In this document: piece after piece, positions 54,989 to 63,900 of the stretch
Position numbering within the stretch: the stretch's first letter is position 1
How the letters are laid out: every line of letters begins with the position of its first letter
Assembly (NCBI RefSeq): GCF_006345805.1
Contig: NC_043016.1
Span: 21,390,001-21,454,000 of the forward strand
Origin: Octopus sinensis
Taxonomy: Eukaryota
Length of the DNA: 64,000 bases
Direction: 5' to 3'
Program-made: the position numbers and the translations under genes
The notes under the pieces: generated by a model
What the model saw: the letters and a program-made list of their open reading frames with translations, nothing else
Database searches by the model: none
What the model was told of the DNA's origin: nothing

Positions 54989-57900
54989 AATAAAATAGAA
55001 CATATGCATATATATAAACATATATGTACGTACCTACCTCTACATGTACATATACACGCATATATGTGTACAGGACACCAAAAAGACGTCGAACACATAG
55101 ACACAAACCAAGGAACAAGACAAGCAAAAAAAAGAGAGATACAGGACAATAAGCACAACGAAAAATCCCCTTCTTCAGTCGCTAAGGTTTCATCTACTAA
55201 ACGTTTCGAAGGATAAAAGCGAGACGTATACTTCGAAGAAAACTTCCTTCCCGCGAAAAGCAAATCAATTAAAATTCTGAGATCTTTTCGCAGAGGGGTA
55301 AAAAAAAGCAAGACGGTAACGACAGTACAAACATATAAACAGTAAAAAATATATATATAAACAGTGGAAAAATAAATATATAACAGTGAGAGACAGGACA
55401 AGGAGAACAAGATAAGAAGGGCTGTTAACGCCAGACGAAAAAAGTATTGCAAACGCTGGATTATCGTGGACGATGAGAGAGAGAAAATGTGTCGACCAGT
55501 AGCCTTAGAAGGCGGGCGAGAAAAGACAGGATAGCAGTTACGACGGAAGTATCGTCGCAGATGGACGACGGGAATGGGGGAATATATATGTATGTATGTG
55601 TGTGTGTGTATATTTTTGTGTCTGTGTTTGTCCCTCTAGCATTGCTTGACAACCGATGCTGGTGTGTTTACGTCTCCGTCACTTAGCAGTTCGGCAAAAG
55701 AGACCGATAGAATAAGTACTGGGCTCACAAAGAATAAGTCCCGGGGTTGATTTGCTCGACTAAAGGCAGAGCTCCAGCATGGCCGCAGTCAAATGACTGA
55801 AACAAGTAAAAGAGTAAGAGAGTGTAATGACTGAAACAAGTAAAAGTTAAGACAACAAACATGGAATTAAATTTAATGAACAAAAAAAACTCAACTAAAA
55901 ATTTATTTCTTATAAATATCCAGAAACTATATTAGGTGGTATGATTGAACACAATCTGTACATTAATTTTACTTAGTAAGTGCTCCCACCAGTGGGTTCA
56001 TCCTGTTGAAGAATTTTTGTCAGTTCTTTTCTTTTCTCTAATACTTTGGCTAATGGTGTGTTCTCAATATTCTGAGTGTGAAAACCTCCATATTTATCTT
56101 CCGAAGAATTTGTTATTAATCATATTGCATATAAATATATATCATTGGTGGGTCTAAGTGTCATTGATATTAGATTTTGCATGACAAAAAGTAACTAATG
56201 ATTGCAAAACTTTTTGCTTATAGGAATAGATATGAGAAATTTTATGACATAGATAAAAGATACCTGAGATAACACCTGGTTCTATAATACAAACTTTCTG
56301 ATTTAGAGTGAAATAACCTAAAAGCTATCAAAATTTTATTGTAATTCTCAAACACCAGCTTATTAATTAACATGGTTATTTTGGTAGATTCTTCATTAAT
56401 TTTAGAATTAGTGGCAAAAGATAGTGTATTTTAACAGAAATATATTAATAAAAATAATTTTACCAGTAACATAAAATCTTAGAAGGAAATGTAGAATCAT
56501 GAAATACCTTGTGAGAAGTAATGAGCAAGTGTTTTCCTTGCTTGAGTTATCTTATTCTCAGGACTTACGGGTTAATTTGCTTCCTTTTTCCATCTTATTG
56601 TACATTTTTTATTATTCTTTATCATTTGCTTCATATCTGGCAGGAAAAGTCTTGCTTTTTTCATTAATGTTTGCATGATATATTACTGGAAGCAATTAAA
56701 TATATTTGCTATTGTTGTTAGTTAATGTTTCTTGCATTCGTCACTTACATTTGTCAATGGTCTCCTCAATGTTGTAAAGTACTTCTCTGTACATAACAGC
56801 AAAGATAAACTCAATATCCACCAGAACTACCATAGATCTTAAATTTCATCTATTGCACAGTTTTGTTTATCCCTTATCACAGTTTTGGTGTCCTTTATCA
56901 TCAGCTACTAATTAATTGGGTTTGCTACCTCCCTAGTTATGCTCGTTACTTGTTTAAGTGTCTTTTAAAATTTTTGCAGTTGATAGGCATTTAGTATTGG
57001 AATGCCCTCTCTTTTGAGGGCAGTAAAATTTGAAAGATATGAGCAGTAAAGAGTGTTGTAATATATGGGAGTATATTTATAATCCAAGTATATCTGGCAC
57101 TGTAATATATATATTTGACTGAGGTATTGCTTTTTTTTTTTTGGTCTCATATTCTGATAACTTTCTTTTGTGTCTTTATTTGTATTTTAAGGGAATCAGA
57201 TTATAGTAGATTATCTTAGAAATTAATAATTTTTGTCTTTTACACACAAAGGTTATTACTTTTGGAATAGTGATATGTTAATCATTATTATGGAATAATG
57301 ATATGCAAATACTAATAGGGCACAGAATGTGTGTTAATAGCCAACTGGAGGAGGTGTCCTCCTGGGGCTACAAGCTACAGTAGGATCCACCCTTAAGGGT
57401 TAGCCACATTTAAGTAGCAAATATACTTCACATTGTTGTGCAGCTACTGTTTATACTTTGCTCAGAGATTTATTATTGCTTGTTTACACTTTTATTCTTC
57501 AGTGCTGTTTAATCTCAGCTATTTCTTTTTGAATCATACATAATTTTTGTTTTAGAAGCAAAGACTACCACCCAACAGTGCAGCTAATGGTGATACCAAC
57601 CTGAATGTAACTCAGGTTTTCATAAAGAGAGATATGTTAGAAATTAATGATACAGATTCTGCTATGCAGTCGACTTCTCAACTACCAGTTAATGGGCTTA
57701 TTACAGAAGATGATGCTGAAATGTCTGATTTAATTGGATTTGATTATTCTCAAAAATCTTTTGAAGGTAAGTGTTTAAGTTTTGAAATTTTGAAATTAAT
57801 AAATTTTTCAATTATACTGACATTTATCTTGCAATTTCATCTAAAAATATTGTGATACTATCTATGAAATATTCAGTATCATAATCATCATTTACTGTTT

Positions 57901-60900
57901 ACTTTTTTTGGTGGTGGTATGAGTTAAACATGTCAGAGAACCATCTCTCACTTGTAAGTTTTATTTTTGGTTTGCTTTTTATGGCTGGATACCCTTTTAA
58001 TCACTACTAGTCGTATTTTATCATGGCACTGACACTAGAGTGGTCAACATATCTGCAACAAGTCTAAAGGTACCTCTCAGCTCTGTGTCATCTCTGAGTA
58101 TTCACCATCCACTTTATAGGGTCTGCTGAATATACTTTTCATGGCGACAGTCCTGATGAGGTTACCTTATATCCTGTAAGGCTAGAAGATTTTCTGTACT
58201 GAAATATTTGTTCATTCATATCAGGTTAATATGTTTGAAAAGTTGAATAAATGCATAACTTAAGTGAGAAAAAGAATCAGCACAGATGGATGAAGGTTGC
58301 AAGAGGGTGATGATAGAAACAGAGTGGTTGTAGGATGATGACAGTATTAGAGACGTAATTACACAATGCTAAGAGTGATGATAAGTGTCAAGAGCAAATG
58401 ATGACTAGCTGAATAGAAAAGATAATGGTATAATGTATTGGGTACTGCCTTTTTTAGTTACATTAGTAGAATAATAGATCAAATAGAAGAAAGTCTCAGT
58501 GGAGAGAAGTGGATGTTGAGTCCATGATAGGCAAATGTCTGTGGTACACAGGTGTGTAGCATATTGAAAATTGATATATATTTCTCATTTTCACACATTA
58601 TTTGTAATCAAATGCAGGGGATATATAATAATTATATTTGTATCAACCAAGAAAATATTTTTATGCTATATTTTGTTATGGAAATGTCTCAAAGTACCCT
58701 ATGCACAACGATACTCTCCAAAACCATACATAAAAGTGGTTTCAATTTGATAAGTAATACAACACCTCGCAAATATCTCCTTCAAATAAAACCACCAATA
58801 GAAGAGAATATGACCAAAGACTGTGTGTATTCCATCCCATGTAGCTGTGGTAGGTTATACAAAATAAGGGTAGATGAACATCGCAAAGCTATGACATGGG
58901 GAGTTATTGATAAATCGAGTATAGCTGATCATGTATGGAAAACTGGAGACCACCTCCCCCTGTGGGATGAAGTTAAAATAATAGACAGAGAACACCACTG
59001 GAAAATATTAAAAATAAAAGCAGCAGCACATATGCTAGGACACAACAACCTCCTAAGTAGACCAAGTGCAGATATGAACAGCATATGAGAACCGGTATTA
59101 AGGAAGGATCGGAGAGTATTAGATTTATAAGTCCTAAAATTCACTCTATACTTGCCCACAGGCATATGGCGTAGTGTTTAAGAGCGCAGGCTACTAACCC
59201 CAAGATGCAAAAGTAAATAAGTTGATAACAGATCTAGTAAGGAACATGAGAAACATATCTCAGGTGTCTACTCTGAAATTTGAGCGAGCACAAGATTTCA
59301 TCCACTGTATGCCATTCTCTGGATACAGCTGAAGAGATGAAATCAGCATATATAAAGGAACCAGTAAAAAGTTTGAAACCAATATGCTAATGAATTGTAT
59401 CTCATGCTCCAGCACAAATTCTGGAACACACTGAAAAGAAAAGAAGAAAAAAAAAGGGTAAATCTGAGCAACGAAACACCTTGTATAATAAAAACAAACT
59501 TCAATGACACTCAAATGTGAACTAGCTTGCAAATTCTGAAAAGTACTAATTGACATAAAACTTAAAATGAAGGTAGAAGTAAAACGAAACAGATCTATCA
59601 AGTCAGGAATGTAGACAAACAACACTGTTTCAGGGAAGAGGAGGGAAATATAGGTGAACAACAACAACAACCAGTGAAAGTATGGCTTCTGAAATATAAC
59701 AATATTGGTTTCAACTTAGTTTCCAATAAAAATTCTTTTAAAATAAATTTTAAATTGTCAGGCTTAGTATTGTTGATACATGATTTGATTGTCTTTGTAA
59801 GCTTTGCTCTTAAAAAATCAAAATGATCGCCATTGCTTTGTTGGTAGAAATTACTGGAGAAAGAGAATCTTAACTTGAGTGAGTTGAGTTAAATAACAAT
59901 ATCGAGATTTCATTTCCATTATGAAGATAATATTAGATGATTCAGAAAACAAGGAAAAGCAATTAGGACATATGGTGAAGTTAGTATCGGTGTTAGACAT
60001 TGAAGTAAAAAACAATCTATACTACAGATTTAAGGTGGCTCAAACTAAGGTTAATCTGTTGCAGCAGAAATGAGGGAATGACTTTTCAGGAGAGCTGTAT
60101 AGAGTTATTTATTTGCATGTATTTTTTAACTTTCAGAATGTTTATTTTTCATTCTTAGTGGAACCAATGGAAAACGCTGAACCAGCTGAAACATTCTCAC
60201 AAAATCTTGTACTTGAAATGGGAGTTAATAGTAATAACATGCAAATGATGAAGGCATCTTTCTTTGGAGATGCTGAAAGTGGTATGTAAATTGTATACAT
60301 ATCTTCAATGTGTTACTTTTCTTTTGGAATAGATCTTAACAGTTTAAATAATTATACTTATTGTATCAATATATTTATATTTGCTGATAATTGCCAACAA
60401 AATAAGAAACCTTCGTTTGTTACCCATGCTTTTAATTTAGGATCATTTAAATCTCATTATTACATAAATGGATTTTATTAGGCGAAAATTTGTTTTTTAA
60501 GCTGTATTCTAAGCATCAATTTAATTGTCACAAAATGTGTATAAAGTTGTTTTGAAAATTTATTGCTTCCCAACCACATGGCTCCGGGTTCAGTCCCACT
60601 GCATGGCAGCTTGAGTGTCTTCTACTGTAGCCTTGGGCTGATTAATGCTGTTGTGTGTGTTTGTCCCCCCACCATCACTTGACAACTGATTTTGGTCTGT
60701 TTACGTCTCCATAACTTACCATTTCGGCAAAAGGGACTCATAGAATAAGTACTAGGCTTACAAAGAATAAGTCCTGGGGTCGATTTGTTCGACTAAAGGC
60801 AGTGCTCCAGCATGGCTGCCATCAAATGACTGAAACAAGTAAAAGAATAAAAGAGTATATAGTTATTAGAAATGGGATTGTGAAGTGGTTACAGTAAATC

Positions 60901-63900
60901 GATCTGAATATCAAAAATGAACTTTTGCCATTGATGTTTTTTTTATTACATTTTCAATTATTTTTATTTTCAGAAAATGTTAATGAAACTCTTGACCTTC
61001 GAAAAAAGTCTGTAATCACACCTATCATCACTTCAGAGAAAGGTTCAACTCTTAAACCGCACTTAAAAAGGAAGGATTATATAAAGTTGCAAAAACACAC
61101 ACAAAGTAGGTTTTAACAGTACTTGTAAATAATAATCCATTCTTGCAACTTATTTATATTGCTCTTAAAGATTGAACATCTATTTATATATCAATACACA
61201 TGTTCTGAACTTACTTTGTAAAAATGTGTATAATGGTATGTTCTTGATATGGAATTTTTCCAGTTTCTGTATATTAACCCTTTCATTACTACACCGCCTG
61301 TAAATTAGTTTAGTTAATGTTACTGATCTGCCTGTCATCATCATTGCTTTAACGTCGTTTTCCATGCTGGTATTGACTGGAGGATATGCAGCTAACTTCA
61401 TCCATATGCATCACATGATCAAACCAGCAGTCTTCTCTCTTGCACACAACATCTGATGTCTCTTATACCAAATTTTCCCCTTAAATCATTTACACTTCCC
61501 TCCCATACTTGCTTGAATCATGATGGCTAAATTTCTACAATAAAAAGTTTAAAAATCATGTTAGAGTCAAATATTTATTTTAGGCTTGTTTTTATTCAAC
61601 ATGAGTGAGTGTCTTTCAGTGGTAAGAAATATTTGTAGAAGTTAAAACCATATGAAGAAAATGATATGATATTGCTGAGTGAGGAGATGGTACTGTATAA
61701 CTGGTACTGTATTACAAAATGGGCTGTAGAATTTCTTTGAGTAGTGGTAGCATATAAATGATAAAATAGAGAAATGTTCAATCTTCATGATAAATTTCAC
61801 TAAGATGCATGCATTAAATCATCAGGGGAAAATAGTGAGAGAAAGTTAAATGCTATTGTTACATGCACATACATATGGATGTTAATGGTCTGCATAAATA
61901 GATACTCATACACGCATGCACACAGATAACTGTCCTCTGTGCGTGTGTGTGTATTTGTAGCATTTCTATAAATATCTCTCTTTCTCATGTACAATTTCAA
62001 ATTCCTGACAGATTTTTTTAAACACCAAGAATTTGCTGTTCAAATACTTTAATATAACAGGTATTATTTCTTTCCAACTTAAATAGAATTTTTTTTTTTT
62101 TTTTAAATAGACTTGGCATTCATTAATAATCCACCCAAAATTACACTTGCTCAAAGCTGCCTCTACTAATGCATTCAATTTATAAAAAGCTATATCTTTT
62201 TATATTAGTGATAATATAAAAATCTATGTTGTCCAAATTGTTTTGGTCATTTTTTCCCTCATCCTATTATCATCATCATCATCACCAAATCTACTGCCAC
62301 CACCACCACCACCATCATTGTTATTAAGGCAGTGAGCTAGCAGAATTGTTAGCATACCAGGCAAAATGCTTACCTTCTGAGCACAAATTCTGCTTGGGTT
62401 GATGAAATAATTACCAGTTGAACACTAGCATCAATATAATCGACAAGATGCTATCCCTGAAGTTGCTTACATTGTATCAAAATTTGAAACCATTACTACT
62501 ACATTCCACTCTTTTCAAAAGTGGATACCTGATTCAGCATTAGCTGTAGTGACTTAGGATATATTCACTAAATGGTGTGTAAAATTTAGAAGACTATGGA
62601 ATATGAAGGGGAGACTTGCAGATTTGCTGGAAAAAGGATAGTAGCGCTAATCAGTATGACCTGGATAACAGTTTAATATAGAAATTATCACTTCCATAAC
62701 ATAATCAATGTAAATATTTTTCACTGGTTTCAGTTAAATTAAATTTGCAGAATACTTACAACTTATGTCAACAAACATGCATGGAAGCAGATTGCAAATA
62801 GAAAAGAATGGTCAGTTTATATTAAAAATAAATAAAATGAAAAGTTGTTTAACAGTCCAATGGTGATAAGAAAATTTGTTAGCTCATGCTTACTGAATTT
62901 GCTATCTGTATCAGATTAGAAATGACACACCATTTGCAAACCTCAACTAAGATAGATATATATGTAATTAGTGTAAAAGCTGCCTGGTACGGTGACTTTT
63001 AAGCTAGCTCCTGTGAAAGGCTCTTCATTAGGCCTTGGGCCCATCAGTGTCACTTCATACATTGAGTGCATATTAAATTTTATTTTCAGGCAATGAACAA
63101 TTTTCATCAAGCGATATAATTTGTCGACTTGGAACTTACTGCATCTTATTGCAAAGCTGCATGATAAACAACAATTTTCTTTTTCTATCTAACCTCTTTC
63201 TTTCTCACTCCCTTTCTGTTGATTGTTTCAACCATCACCACCACCACCACCACTGCAATTGCTATACACCATTCAGACTTCTGATGTCGCCATCAATACT
63301 TTTGACTTTGCCGCTTTCTCCTCCACCACCATCCCCACTGTCTTTCGCATTGCTTACTCTCACCATCATCCCTGACCACCACCACCACCACTACCATCAC
63401 TGCTGCCCCTGCCTCAACTACAGGGCATACTATTACTATCACCCCATTACCATAAAAAAAAAAAAAATGGCTGTGTGAGTTCATTCAGTATGTTATTCAG
63501 TGTTCAGTCCCGCTTTCTCTCACATACCCACTCTTTCTCCCTTATTATTACTCCCACTGCCACCATCTACACTACTACTTTTAATGAAAACATTAACTCT
63601 CCCTAAATTTTTTTGTCTCTCTTTCTCTCTGTCTTTGCCACCACCCTTACTGCCTCTATACCTACTATACTCATAGTGAGAGAGTGGGGTGTCTAAATGT
63701 GACGCACTGACACACAGAAATTAGTTTTTACATTTATTATATTAGATGTAGACTTATTAGACAAAAAAGGGAGCTATTGTCTGGTTACTTAACCAGATAA
63801 TAAGTCATGACAGTACTTGGTTTTGTATATAGTAAATATAAGTGTTGCCAATGCTTTGTTACCCTATATGCTTTATCTTTCTATATGAACAAGTAATAAA

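Larger units (their letters stand above)
54690..55822 (+). mobile_element. tRNA-derived SINE split into head (54690-54840) and tail (~55600-55822) by a TA expansion and an insertion
   Basis: Head and tail are contiguous in the copy at 60560-60853. Confidence 0.85.

Noticed and set aside
54716-55452. IY-repeat ORFs
   Set aside because: Translations of the (TA)n microsatellite.
59249-59262. GAAACATATCTC as a hammerhead stem III/cleavage arm
   Set aside because: No complementary stem I partner adjacent to a CUGANGA could be found.
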